Virus record (IMG/VR): IMGVR_UViG_3300042505_000794 | Span: 15,190-79,189 of that record | Source of the DNA: a virus | DNA: 64,000 bases | Strand: one strand, 5' to 3' | In this document: positions 39,243 to 49,506 of the stretch, piece after piece | How positions within the stretch are numbered: position 1 is the stretch's first letter | How the letters are laid out: each line of letters opens with the position of its first letter | Translations under genes and position numbers: made by a program | The notes under the pieces: generated by a model | Told to the model about the DNA's origin: nothing | Database searches by the model: none | Seen by the model: the letters and a program-made list of their open reading frames with translations, nothing else

Positions 39243-40736
39243 ATGAGCTCATATAACGCGCTCAATTCTGCAGATGCTGCAGATGTACAGTCATTCATCA
39301 GTGGTGTTATTAAACACACCGCTGATGGCAACTACGTTCTAGATTCCGCAATTAACCCAATAACAGCAACTACCCTAGCTTCAGATAGTAGTATGTTGTT
39401 ACTGAGAATGGGGTTAGATGAAACACCTGAAAATGTTAGTGCGGCAACCACTATCGCTAGAAATATTGCAGATGGTACTCTTCGAGGTGAAGAGCTATCA
39501 AACTTCAATGACTACGATGCAAATACATCTACCAGTTTTGTTTTATCACCTTTTGGTAATATCGCAAACGCTGTTAATACATTGTATGATTCACAAGCAT
39601 CACAAATACTAGAACCATCTCAAAAATCTGTATACAACGCTACCTCAGGTATCAGTACACCTAGTACAACTGCTGAATCGTTAGCTAAAACATCTCAAAC
39701 AAATGGGAAGCAAGCTACAACAAACCCTGCACAAAAAAATATCAGTACTATTACAAGTCCTGATTATTATGCTAAACCGTTGATCGACTTTCAACCGAAA
39801 TTTAGATATACGTTTATTGCGCAAATAAATTTATATGGTGAATATCAGCGTGATATTCCAACCAGTTGTGCATTTCTAATTAAAAAATTCGATAAACCAA
39901 AAACGACTATTGAGTACGAAGAAGTTAATTTTTATAACTTTTTTTCGCAAGTTCCAAAAAGAACAAAATTTAGTCCTATTACGTTAAATCTACATGATGA
40001 TATTAAAAATGAATCAATGAATTTCATTGTATCGTATTTGCGACGTATATGTCCTATCTTCAATCAAGAACAATCGATGAATTTCGAAGAACATGGGATG
40101 GAGTTTCAAAATGCAAATAGCTCGTATGGTTTGCATACCACCACTAGTGCACTGAATATAATACAATCAATTAAGATATTTGATATCTATAATGGTAGTC
40201 GCACCATGGACGTGTATACTTTTAATAATCCAAAAATTACTGAAATCTCATTAGATGATTGGAATATGGAGAGTATGGACCCAACAGAAGTTACTTTAGA
40301 TATTGTATACGATAATTGGTACGTTAATGTCGGTGTAGCTCCTAGTATACCTCAAAATGTTTTAGGTGTTTCTGAATTGCTTGCTGGTCCAGCAGCAGAA
40401 CTTACAGCACCTGGTGCAAAATATGATAGTAAATATACTAACTTGTTGGTAACTGATGAGCAAGGTAGAGGATTAGATAATATCGATCAGCTTGATATTC
40501 AGGACGGTCAAGTTGGTGATAATGTATTATCACCTGAACAACTTAATACAGTATCAAATGAACCGTTTAATCTACAGAAAGAGATTGCAAACCTTAACGT
40601 ACAGAAAAACGACCCCATAACTGCACCTGCAGCAAATACATTCAACGATTCATTTAAATCTTTACCACCTGCTAATGAACAGGTACCAGGTCTTAATAAT
40701 GACCAGTTAATGAATGCGTTAGCACCTATCTTCTAA
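39243..40736 (+). CDS. Tube-like baseplate protein (gp48/gp54-like)
   Basis: Central tube-fold region PKFRYTF...DKPK...FSPITLNLHDD...IVYDNW. Confidence 0.7.
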   Translation: MSSYNALNSADAADVQSFISGVIKHTADGNYVLDSAINPITATTLASDSSMLLLRMGLDETPENVSAATTIARNIADGTLRGEELSNFNDYDANTSTSFVLSPFGNIANAVNTLYDSQASQILEPSQKSVYNATSGISTPSTTAESLAKTSQTNGKQATTNPAQKNISTITSPDYYAKPLIDFQPKFRYTFIAQINLYGEYQRDIPTSCAFLIKKFDKPKTTIEYEEVNFYNFFSQVPKRTKFSPITLNLHDDIKNESMNFIVSYLRRICPIFNQEQSMNFEEHGMEFQNANSSYGLHTTTSALNIIQSIKIFDIYNGSRTMDVYTFNNPKITEISLDDWNMESMDPTEVTLDIVYDNWYVNVGVAPSIPQNVLGVSELLAGPAAELTAPGAKYDSKYTNLLVTDEQGRGLDNIDQLDIQDGQVGDNVLSPEQLNTVSNEPFNLQKEIANLNVQKNDPITAPAANTFNDSFKSLPPANEQVPGLNNDQLMNALAPIF

Positions 40737-40738
40737 TT

Positions 40739-41218
40739 ATGGCTGGGTTTACACAAGGCTATTATAATCCAAAGTTTCCTGAGAAATATGTCGGTAATAA
40801 TATTTCTAAAATAAGATATATGTCATCTTGGGAGCTATCTATGCATAGCTTCTTTGATAACAATGTCAATATATTAAAATGGAGTTCTGAAGGTTTAGCT
40901 ATACCTTATATTAAACCAACAGATGGAAGATTACACAAATATTACCCAGATTACTATATCGAATATATGGATAAAACAGGTAATTTACGTCGTGAAATTA
41001 TTGAAGTTAAACCTGATAAACAAACAAAAACATCTCGAGCACGCACTGCTAAAAGTAAATTGTATGAAGATATACAATATTCAATTAATATTGCTAAATG
41101 GCAAGCATGTCAACAATTTTGTGACGCTCATGGCATAGTCTTTAAGATAATTACTGAAAAAACTATGTGGGGTGATAAAAAGTCTAATAAAAAAGCGAAG
41201 TTACAACGAAAGTCTTAA
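40739..41218 (+). CDS. Head completion nuclease (T4 gp4-like, TnsA-like fold)
   Basis: YMSSWE, WSSE, YYPDY, IEVKP, NIAKW, FKIITE. Confidence 0.92.
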   Translation: MAGFTQGYYNPKFPEKYVGNNISKIRYMSSWELSMHSFFDNNVNILKWSSEGLAIPYIKPTDGRLHKYYPDYYIEYMDKTGNLRREIIEVKPDKQTKTSRARTAKSKLYEDIQYSINIAKWQACQQFCDAHGIVFKIITEKTMWGDKKSNKKAKLQRKS

Positions 41219-41363
41219 AACGTTAGAGATTATAGTATGATAGTTTAATTTTTATTAATTATCTTCTATAGTTATACAGTATAACATCATTATTACCAAT
41301 AGTTTACCTTTTATATTACGCGTATAAATATTTCCGTTAATATCCACTACCATAAGGATACAA

Positions 41364-41789
41364 ATGGATAAAGATTATATAGAACATCCTTTTGAACAGA
41401 TGTTCGAGATTGAACCAGGTACCACCATATTACATAAACCGGATTATGATGACAACGGTATGGTTTTATACGATCAGTACGATGAAAAAGAGCAAGAGAT
41501 TGAAGCTCAATATCAAACAATCTATACAGCTGCATTCGCAGCATTTACAGATCAAGTAATGTCTACACAACGAGGTGAGAACCCCGGAATGTACGGTAAG
41601 AACTTAGAAGCAGCTGCTAAATTTTTATCAACAGCTTTAGATGCAGTTAAAGAAAAAGCTGAACTTAAACATAAAAAAGATAAAACAATTACTAAAACTG
41701 TTACAGCTACTAATGTTACAAATAATAATTTAATTATGGATCGTGAAGATCTTATTAAAATGTTACAAGGTAAAGCACTAGATGGCTAA
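41364..41789 (+). CDS. terS: Terminase small subunit (putative)
   Basis: Directly upstream of terL; C-terminal VTNNNLIMDREDLIK; TATAAATA at 41323. Confidence 0.7.
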   Translation: MDKDYIEHPFEQMFEIEPGTTILHKPDYDDNGMVLYDQYDEKEQEIEAQYQTIYTAAFAAFTDQVMSTQRGENPGMYGKNLEAAAKFLSTALDAVKEKAELKHKKDKTITKTVTATNVTNNNLIMDREDLIKMLQGKALDG

Positions 41790-42381
41790 AAATACAAGAT
41801 TAAAAATGCCGGGTCCTCCGGAAGAGTTTACACCTGACCAAGCATTAGAGTATTTGAAATGTTTGCAGGATCCAGTATACTTTATTGAAACTTATTGTAA
41901 GATTACTCACCCTACTAGAGGTATGGTAGGTTTCAAATTATATGATTTTCAACGTGAATTAGTAAATTCATTTCATCAAAATAGATCATCAATCGTATGT
42001 GCTAGTAGACAGGTAGGTAAATCTCAAACATCATGTGGTTTCTTATTATGGTATGCATGCTTTAATTCACATAAAGAAATCTTAATCATATCTAATAAAG
42101 CAAAAAGCGCTAAAGATATGGTAAAACGTATCGTGTTTATGTACGAGAATTTACCTAATTGGATTAAACCAGCTATCAATCCAAATAACTGGAATAAGTT
42201 AGAAATTGAGTTTGCTAATAAAAATCGAATTGTATCAGAATCAACAACAGATCAGAGTGGACGGGGTATGTCCGTATCCTTACTGTTCTGCTTAGGTGGC
42301 AATACAAAGGTAACAATACGCAATAAACAAACCGGTCAAATTGAACATGTAAGCATGGAAGAATTGTATGATAGAATGTAA
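41782..42381 (+). CDS. terL: Terminase large subunit, N-terminal part, fused to split-intein IntN
   Basis: DPVYFIETYC, LYDFQ, Walker A SRQVGKS, GRGMSVSLLF, then the intein start CLGGNT. Confidence 0.92.
   Translation: MAKNTRLKMPGPPEEFTPDQALEYLKCLQDPVYFIETYCKITHPTRGMVGFKLYDFQRELVNSFHQNRSSIVCASRQVGKSQTSCGFLLWYACFNSHKEILIISNKAKSAKDMVKRIVFMYENLPNWIKPAINPNNWNKLEIEFANKNRIVSESTTDQSGRGMSVSLLFCLGGNTKVTIRNKQTGQIEHVSMEELYDRM
42289..42378 (+). other. Split intein N-fragment (30 aa)
   Basis: CLGGNTKVTIRNKQTGQIEHVSMEELYDRM is intein block A starting at Cys1 and is followed by a stop codon. Confidence 0.88.
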
Positions 42382-43558
42382 TCGTATTAGTTATGCACCG
42401 GGTACATCATACCCAGATATATTTTTAGATAACAAGTATGCAAAAGTATATTTCAAATTAGTACATTATCGATTGTTAACTCCAGCTACCGATGGTCATA
42501 TTGAAAAACATCATATTATTCCAAAATCGTTAAATGGTGCAAATTGTGGGCTAAATATTGTGTCTTTATCTATACGTGAGCATTTATTTTGTCATAAAAT
42601 ACTACTAAAAATGATGACTTCTAAAAAAGGATATCATAAAATGTGTAGAGCAGCTTTGTTCATGTATGGAAAGTTTAAATGTTCTACTAATACAAAATTT
42701 ACTGCAGTGTTAATAGCATCATTAAAATGCACTGCTCGTGAAATGTTAATTGAACGTAACCAAACGACTAACCGTGACCCTGAAAAAATTCGTAAAACCG
42801 CTGAATTTCACCGAGGTAGGAAAAGACTTGAATCAACAAGAGCTAAAATATCAGATAAACTTAAACGCTCTATTGAGAAACGTGGTCATGGTTATTCTAA
42901 AAACTCTAAATCGTATTACAATCCGTTAAATCCAAATGAAACAAAACTTTGTTTTACAGATGATGATATACCTAAAGGTTGGGTTCTAGGAAACCCTAAA
43001 ATAAAAGGGCTTGTTAGTTATTTTGACCCTGCTACAAATGTAACAAAAAGATTTGTAGCGGGTTCACAACCTAATACTTGGGTTAAGGGAAGTCCCGCTA
43101 CTAGAAATAAATCTCATTACTTTAACGTTCATACCGGTAAAAGAGCACGGTTCCAACCAGGTACAGAACCAGAAGGTTGGTCAAAGGTATTACCAAAACC
43201 AAAAATTGAAAAACAATCAAGACGTAAAATAACATATTTTAACCCACTCAATTTTAAAGATACCTTAGTGTGTTTAGAAGGTTTAGGACCTGAAGGTTGG
43301 ATCTCATATAAAGAGAAAAACCTTAAACAACTTGATACGTATTACGACCCGAATGATTATTCTCGTAACGGCGTGTATTCTCCTTATACAGCTCCAGATG
43401 GTTGGGTAATAATTAAATCAAATAAAGGTTCAAAAAAATATATTAACACGGTAACCGGTGAATCAAAAAGATTTGGTATACATGATGCAGTTCCTGCTAA
43501 TTGGAAGATGTGGTCATGGGCTGCCAATTCTGATAAAAGTAAATGGAAGGCAGCATGA
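42368..43558 (+). mobile_element. Free-standing HNH homing endonuclease gene between the split-intein halves
   Basis: EKHHIIPKS..G.N...NIVSLSIREH..CH; NUMOD3-like segment; C-terminal Y(Y/F)(N/D)P...PxGW repeats. Confidence 0.88.
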
Positions 43559-43884
43559 ACGTTAAACAAAATACAGAATGGGAAATTTTAACTCCGGACG
43601 GGTTTAAAGATTTTAATGGTATATCTAAAACATATAAAAAACTTCAAAAAATCTATATTCAAGGTCATGATCCTATTTGGGCCTCTAAAAAACATTATTT
43701 CTATGTAGGTGGGCGTAAAACTAGAGTATCAGATCTTAAGAAATCAGGTTATATTGATTCAGTAGAAGGACCTAAACGGTATCGAAAAACAACCGTTTTT
43801 GAAAAACAGCATGCGTACGACATTATTGAAGTTAAACAAGAGAATCATCAATATCTTGTAAATGGTTGTTTTACAACAAAAAAT
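43555..43884 (+). other. Split intein C-fragment (~110 aa)
   Basis: ILTPDGFKDFNGI; block B SKKH; block F AYDIIEV..HQYLVNG; ends TTKN before Cys+1 of CDEFAF. Confidence 0.88.
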
Positions 43885-45381
43885 TGCGATGAGTTTGCGT
43901 TCGTTGAGCCAAATATAGCTGAAGATTTTTGGACCTCAATTTCTCCTACATTATCAACAGGTGGTAGTTGTATTATTGCTAGTACACCAAATGGTGATGA
44001 TAATAAATTTGCTGAATTATGGAGAGGAGCTAACCTTAATAATAATGGGTTTGTTCCGTTCTTTGTGCAGTGGGATACTGTACCAGGTCGGGACGAAACA
44101 TATAAACAACAAGAGATTGGTAAAATCGGACTTCAAAAATGGGAACAAGAATATGAATGTTTGCGTGGTGATAGTTTAGTTAATTTATTAATCGATAACA
44201 AAGAACGTATTGTTACAATTGAAAAATTACATCAGTTGTCAGCAGTAAACCACCATAACTATTTACACAAAAACACGTTAGATTATAAAATTAAAACACC
44301 TAATGGGTGGGAATCTTTTGCAGGTGTAGCTTTAATGGGTACAAAACCCGTCAAAGTTTTAACATTCGATGATGGTACCAATATTAGCGGTACAGATAAT
44401 CATATTTTATTTACTTCAGATAATGTAGAAATTCTTTTAAAAGATGTAGCAATCGGTACTACATTACGTGGTAAATCTAATAAGACGGTTGTAAATATTT
44501 CCAACGGTGAGATAGAAAAAGTGTATGATGTTATTGAAACAGAATCTCATACGTTTTATGCTAATGATATTTTATCTCATAATTGTAAGTTTATTTCTTC
44601 TGATCCATTATTGTTTAGTTCTACGTACATAACAAACTATTATTGCGATACTAAGGCTGAACCAGATGCAAGAGATATAACCTGGTTCGATAAAATTACA
44701 CCTGGTATGAGTTATGTAATAGCTATTGACCCAGCATCAGGTACAGGATCAGATTACACTGTTATGATTGTATACAGTTTTCCTGAATTAAATCAAATTG
44801 CTCAGTTTAGGTCAAATACCACATCTACACCTTTAGTGTACAACACATTTAAACACATCTTGCGTACTATTCAAGCAGGTGGTGCAGAAAATTGCTATTG
44901 GAGTTTTGAAAATAATGGTATAGGTGAAGGTTTGATTAGTATGTATGAATCAGATGAAAAACCTATTGAGTTCGGTGATCTAATTTCTGAACCTGGTAAA
45001 CGACGCATCGGGTTCTTTACTGGTAAAAATAAAACTAATGTTTGTTTGCTGTTCAAACAGATATTCGAATCAGGTAAAATGACGATTAAATCACCTACAG
45101 TTATTTCTGAGATGAAAAATTTTGTTAGACGTAGTGGATCTTTTTCTGCTCGTACCGGTAGTAACGATGATACAATATCTGCTCATCTTATTCTCGTTCG
45201 TATGTTACAAGAGTTAGTACAATATGAAGAACGTGCATACGATGTTGTGTTCCAACATAAAGAAGGTGAAGATATCTTTAACGATGATGATTATGACGAT
45301 TATGAACCACCTTTACCTGTGTTTGGTAACAATGGTGGACATGACATTAATTTTGATCAGTTTTTTACTGATGGTTGGTAA
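43555..45381 (+). CDS. terL: Terminase large subunit, C-terminal part (IntC, ATPase C-part, mini-intein, nuclease)
   Basis: ATGA overlap and GGAAGG RBS favour start 43555; CDEFAFV, STPNG, IDPASGTGSDY, ENNGIG, NDD. Confidence 0.92.
   Translation: MNVKQNTEWEILTPDGFKDFNGISKTYKKLQKIYIQGHDPIWASKKHYFYVGGRKTRVSDLKKSGYIDSVEGPKRYRKTTVFEKQHAYDIIEVKQENHQYLVNGCFTTKNCDEFAFVEPNIAEDFWTSISPTLSTGGSCIIASTPNGDDNKFAELWRGANLNNNGFVPFFVQWDTVPGRDETYKQQEIGKIGLQKWEQEYECLRGDSLVNLLIDNKERIVTIEKLHQLSAVNHHNYLHKNTLDYKIKTPNGWESFAGVALMGTKPVKVLTFDDGTNISGTDNHILFTSDNVEILLKDVAIGTTLRGKSNKTVVNISNGEIEKVYDVIETESHTFYANDILSHNCKFISSDPLLFSSTYITNYYCDTKAEPDARDITWFDKITPGMSYVIAIDPASGTGSDYTVMIVYSFPELNQIAQFRSNTTSTPLVYNTFKHILRTIQAGGAENCYWSFENNGIGEGLISMYESDEKPIEFGDLISEPGKRRIGFFTGKNKTNVCLLFKQIFESGKMTIKSPTVISEMKNFVRRSGSFSARTGSNDDTISAHLILVRMLQELVQYEERAYDVVFQHKEGEDIFNDDDYDDYEPPLPVFGNNGGHDINFDQFFTDGW
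44158..44583 (+). other. Contiguous mini-intein (142 aa) in TerL at QEYE|C
   Basis: CLRGDS...GTDNH...VYDVIE..HTFYANDILSHN|C; no endonuclease domain. Confidence 0.92.
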
Positions 45382-45436
45382 CTGGTTGATTTATATAGTT
45401 ATTTATAATATACTATAATAAAAACGGAGGATTATT

Positions 45437-47029
45437 ATGGACTTAAAGACACAAGCATTAGTATCGAATAAATCACAAACGATCAAAGTTATTGATTTAT
45501 TCGATTTAACCAACACCAACAAATATATCGTATTAAATGTATACGGGTATGCGAGCGGTTCTACAAGTGGGATATTATACGCTAGCAATAAGGTGGTACC
45601 GTATGCAAAGCTATATTCAAATGTTTTAAGTAAAACAATTATTTTTGAATTAACAAACGGTGAATACGTTAATAGTGTGCACGGTAAGTTAACTGATGTT
45701 AAGTTTAAAACATCTGCTACAACGAATGCGTTAAACGTTATTACTATGGGTACAGTTAGCTCAATTGACCCAAGTTATTATTCCGATAACGTTATTGGAA
45801 ACATTCAAACGTTAGTTAATAAAATACTACCTACTGAGTATAGCGCAGCAATATTGACATCACCTACTGTACTCGAAACATCAGTAAAAAACTTAATTGA
45901 TGTTGCTAAGTCGTATGTAGGCTTAAGTTGGGATGTTCAAAAACCATGGGCTCTAATTGAAACGATGGCTGCTAAAATAGGAACATCTTTGCCTATTGCT
46001 AGTATAGGTCATACAAATGACGCCATATCAAACGGTAACTGGGTTTTAGAATATAACGGAAACAAACCCTTTGGTGATTGGAAGCAAATGTTAGATCCAG
46101 GTGATATTGTCATGATGACATCACCAGACAGGTTAACCGATACTGTAGCTGTTGTAACCGGTGGGAAAAACGAAACAGCTTTAGTTATAGATACAGCTGT
46201 AAATTCAAAAAACTTAACAAAAAATATTGTAAAAATATTACCCGAACATTTACTATCTTCTGAAGATGTGTATAGTAAAACTGATCAATATCATGTGTTT
46301 ATATATACATTAAAAAATTCAGCGTATACATCACCTACTAATACATCAACCGTTATTAATACCACATCGAATTATAACACACCATCGACCCCGTATAAAA
46401 TAAGCGGTTCTTACACTGATGCATACGTTACACCGGTAAATGACTTAACCTTTGGTATAAATCAAGTATTCAAAGTTGTATTACCTAAAATATTTACACC
46501 TGTATCTAAAACAGGTAGTATAACTACAGGTAACAGCTACCAGTCAATATCTCAAGCAGTGATTAATTTACCATCATGGGCAAAGTACGATCCATATACT
46601 GGAGCGCTAACAGGTAAAACACCAGGTGCACCAACTCAAGCTCACTTATCTGTTGTAGGGACTCTGGGTAACCAAAAATATACAGATTTCCTTGATATTA
46701 ATGTTACAAAAAACTTAACGGTTAATATTAGTGATACTATTTGGACAGCAGGATATAATCATACACTACAAGTAAATACCGGACTAAAAACACCATATTT
46801 TATGTCATATAACGGTAAGTCAAACCTAACATGGTTACATATCAACAAAACAACCGGTGAAATATCAGGAATCCCACCGTTATCCCAAATAGGTCAATCA
46901 TTTGACGTTACTGTATATCAAAAAGCTTCAGCGCAATCAGCACAATCATATACCGATAGTTTTACGTTAAGTATTTCAAATCCTATTAATTTAGTTGGGT
47001 CACCGTTAAACGTAGATTATTATCCATGA
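45437..47029 (+). CDS. Putative Ig (He_PIG-like) repeat protein with degenerate NlpC/P60-like region
   Basis: LPSWAKYDPYTGALTGKTP and WLHINKTTGEISGIP; AKSYVG...PGDIV; TTGATT-N17-TATACT promoter at 45386 and GGAGG RBS. Confidence 0.65.
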   Translation: MDLKTQALVSNKSQTIKVIDLFDLTNTNKYIVLNVYGYASGSTSGILYASNKVVPYAKLYSNVLSKTIIFELTNGEYVNSVHGKLTDVKFKTSATTNALNVITMGTVSSIDPSYYSDNVIGNIQTLVNKILPTEYSAAILTSPTVLETSVKNLIDVAKSYVGLSWDVQKPWALIETMAAKIGTSLPIASIGHTNDAISNGNWVLEYNGNKPFGDWKQMLDPGDIVMMTSPDRLTDTVAVVTGGKNETALVIDTAVNSKNLTKNIVKILPEHLLSSEDVYSKTDQYHVFIYTLKNSAYTSPTNTSTVINTTSNYNTPSTPYKISGSYTDAYVTPVNDLTFGINQVFKVVLPKIFTPVSKTGSITTGNSYQSISQAVINLPSWAKYDPYTGALTGKTPGAPTQAHLSVVGTLGNQKYTDFLDINVTKNLTVNISDTIWTAGYNHTLQVNTGLKTPYFMSYNGKSNLTWLHINKTTGEISGIPPLSQIGQSFDVTVYQKASAQSAQSYTDSFTLSISNPINLVGSPLNVDYYP

Positions 47030-47076
47030 GGTAATACATAAATAACGATGTATTCACATTTTAATGAGTGTAATAA

Positions 47077-48039
47077 ATGTCCGCTACATCGTTTAAAATT
47101 CATTTTTCTGATAGTGTTGTTTCAAAAAAGAAAAATATAACCATATCTCCAAATTCTGTTGATGCATCTTCTACCTCATTGGTGTTGTATGGTCCAGGAG
47201 CAAGCAATTATGCAGAAGATTTATGGTCTAATATGCTCCATTTAATGGAGCATTTTTGTTCACCTATCAAACCTCTGAGCCCAACTGAAGGTCAGTTGTG
47301 GTATAACCCTGTCGATAAGACCTTAAAAATATATTCAACATCTAATACGGATTACGCTTGGTATGATTTATTCATAAACAATCCAACGAGTAAAAGTCCT
47401 AAGATGCAATTGGATCCAGAATCATTAAAAATTCTTGAAGGTATGCTAAAAAAATCCGGCGGTACAATGACCGGTATGTTATACTTAGTTCCTGAAGAAT
47501 TTAATAGTGATGGAACACCAATTTCATCAGCGGACGCTGATCCAAACGCTGCTGTTACGCGCCGTTACGTAGATGGAGCGATTTTAAAAGCATTTTTAGA
47601 ACGTGGCACATTTGCAAGTGGTAATTCCGGAAGCGGTGAGCAGTCATACAGCATTATTGGTAATGTTGCAACTGTAGCTGGTATATCTAATAAGAGTGAC
47701 ATTAAAACGACAAAATTATACTATACTAGCGGTACCCAGTACGGTAACATATTTACATACGATGTTGATCTTCCTGATGCAGTTAAACCGTATAGTCTTG
47801 ATAGTGATGGTTCACCAAGATATACAGTAAACGCATCGTGTGAATTATTCTATAATGATCCAGTTTATAATGGGTATCTACGAGATAACAAGTCCGCTTA
47901 CCCTGTCGAAGTTATTAATAGAACTCATAGCAAATTTACGTTAAAAGCTACCGTTGGATTAATTTTTGACGATGATGCAATAAATAGACTAATATCAGTT
48001 TCAAGTTTCAAATATACAGTCGTCGGAACTAAGCAATAG
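47077..48039 (+). CDS. Baseplate/fibre protein, tandem paralog 1 of 6
   Basis: SLxLxG...Y...W.N..HL.E.F...EGQLWY N-terminal domain. Confidence 0.75.
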   Translation: MSATSFKIHFSDSVVSKKKNITISPNSVDASSTSLVLYGPGASNYAEDLWSNMLHLMEHFCSPIKPLSPTEGQLWYNPVDKTLKIYSTSNTDYAWYDLFINNPTSKSPKMQLDPESLKILEGMLKKSGGTMTGMLYLVPEEFNSDGTPISSADADPNAAVTRRYVDGAILKAFLERGTFASGNSGSGEQSYSIIGNVATVAGISNKSDIKTTKLYYTSGTQYGNIFTYDVDLPDAVKPYSLDSDGSPRYTVNASCELFYNDPVYNGYLRDNKSAYPVEVINRTHSKFTLKATVGLIFDDDAINRLISVSSFKYTVVGTKQ

Positions 48040-48048
48040 AGGAATCAA

Positions 48049-49506
48049 GTGAATACAACTTACAATATAAATTTTTCCGATGTATCTATAGCAGGAAAAA
48101 CAACATTACAATTATTACCAAACCAAAAAGACGATACATCAACGTCGTTGATACTACATGGTTACGGTTCACTACAGTACGGTGAACATTTATGGGAGAA
48201 CATGGTCCATTTAATGGAACATTTTTGCTCACGTAATATTGAACCAACAAAACCAACTGAAGGTCAGTTGTGGTACAACGCAGCTAATAAATCGTTAAAT
48301 TTACGCACAATAGGTTCAGATGGTGTACCAGCTTGGGTTAATATTATACCTAATTATGGTTTTGATGCTACTGCAGGAACGTTAGCCGATGATAGTGTAC
48401 CAACTATATCAACTATCAAAAATGTATTATTGCAAGATTATGTTAAAACCTCTGACGGCGATTACACTCTATCAGGGACTTTAACTTTAAACGATTCTAC
48501 ATCTAACTATACTGTATCATCAATTGGTGCTATACCTAATGCCACCACAACAACCAACAGGTTTAATGCAGCATCGAGATATTATGTAGATAATAAAGCT
48601 GCTCAGCTAGTAGCGGCAGCTATTGCATCGGTGACCCCTTCATCGGTACCTGGCGTAACAGCTAAATCGGTTGCAGATGTACTTAAAAAATCAAATGACC
48701 CAACATTAGTTCCGTTTTTAGCACGGTCTGGTGACGCTGGTTGGCGCACAATGACTGACTCATTGATATTGAGATCAATGACGAAAGACACTATAAACGT
48801 TAATATAGATGAAGCTGTATCAAAAAGATACCTTGATTCGGTGTTATCTGGTAGTAATAATATGGTTAGTGCGACAAGTGTAACTACAGCTATCAATGCT
48901 GCCGTCACAACAATAGCTAACCCTACAAATCTCATATCAAAATTTGGTGGTACGCTAACAGGTGATTTACTTTTACCTGTTATTGATGATGATACACCCA
49001 ACCAAGCTGCTGTATCAAAATTGTGGGTTTCGAATTTAGTTAATAAATCTACACCATCTACAGTGCTTAGCAGTACAGAGAACGTATCGTATACTCAGTT
49101 GCCTGACTTAACAAAAATGATATACGGGCTAGGTAGAGGTAAAATTACACAATCAGTAACAACAGGCGCGAACGCAAATAACGCACCAACAAATAAAACA
49201 TGGTATAACGCTAATATTGTGTTTCCAGTCGATATTTCATTTACTAACCGATATTATTCTGTTACAGTCACAGAAGATGTACCGTTGCATGGTACAGAAA
49301 CTGCAGCACCATATCCAAAAACAAGAACATTATACAGCGCTGGTGAGTTGACCACGTTAACCAACCAAACCAGTTGGCCGTTAACGTTCTCTGTATATAA
49401 CAAAACAGAAACAGGTTTTAGTGTTTGTGTATTCTCTCCTAGCGGTATTGATATTACATATGCACCTACTTCATTGTCGTTTAACTTTATTGCTATCGGT
49501 AGATAA
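48049..49506 (+). CDS. Baseplate/fibre protein, tandem paralog 2
   Basis: Same N-terminal domain; C-terminal YSV...NKTETGF. Confidence 0.75.
   Translation: MNTTYNINFSDVSIAGKTTLQLLPNQKDDTSTSLILHGYGSLQYGEHLWENMVHLMEHFCSRNIEPTKPTEGQLWYNAANKSLNLRTIGSDGVPAWVNIIPNYGFDATAGTLADDSVPTISTIKNVLLQDYVKTSDGDYTLSGTLTLNDSTSNYTVSSIGAIPNATTTTNRFNAASRYYVDNKAAQLVAAAIASVTPSSVPGVTAKSVADVLKKSNDPTLVPFLARSGDAGWRTMTDSLILRSMTKDTINVNIDEAVSKRYLDSVLSGSNNMVSATSVTTAINAAVTTIANPTNLISKFGGTLTGDLLLPVIDDDTPNQAAVSKLWVSNLVNKSTPSTVLSSTENVSYTQLPDLTKMIYGLGRGKITQSVTTGANANNAPTNKTWYNANIVFPVDISFTNRYYSVTVTEDVPLHGTETAAPYPKTRTLYSAGELTTLTNQTSWPLTFSVYNKTETGFSVCVFSPSGIDITYAPTSLSFNFIAIGR

Noticed and set aside
41219-41363. AT-rich gap before terS as a pac site or origin
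   Set aside because: Only a late promoter and weak AT-rich pairing are visible; no specific evidence
42289-42381. terL as a pseudogene or frameshift
   Set aside because: The break coincides exactly with intein block A, and a matching IntC with Cys+1 restores Walker B
42382-43554. Group I intron interrupting terL
   Set aside because: The HNH ORF fills the whole gap and overlaps both halves, leaving no room for a ribozyme core; the flanks are intein motifs
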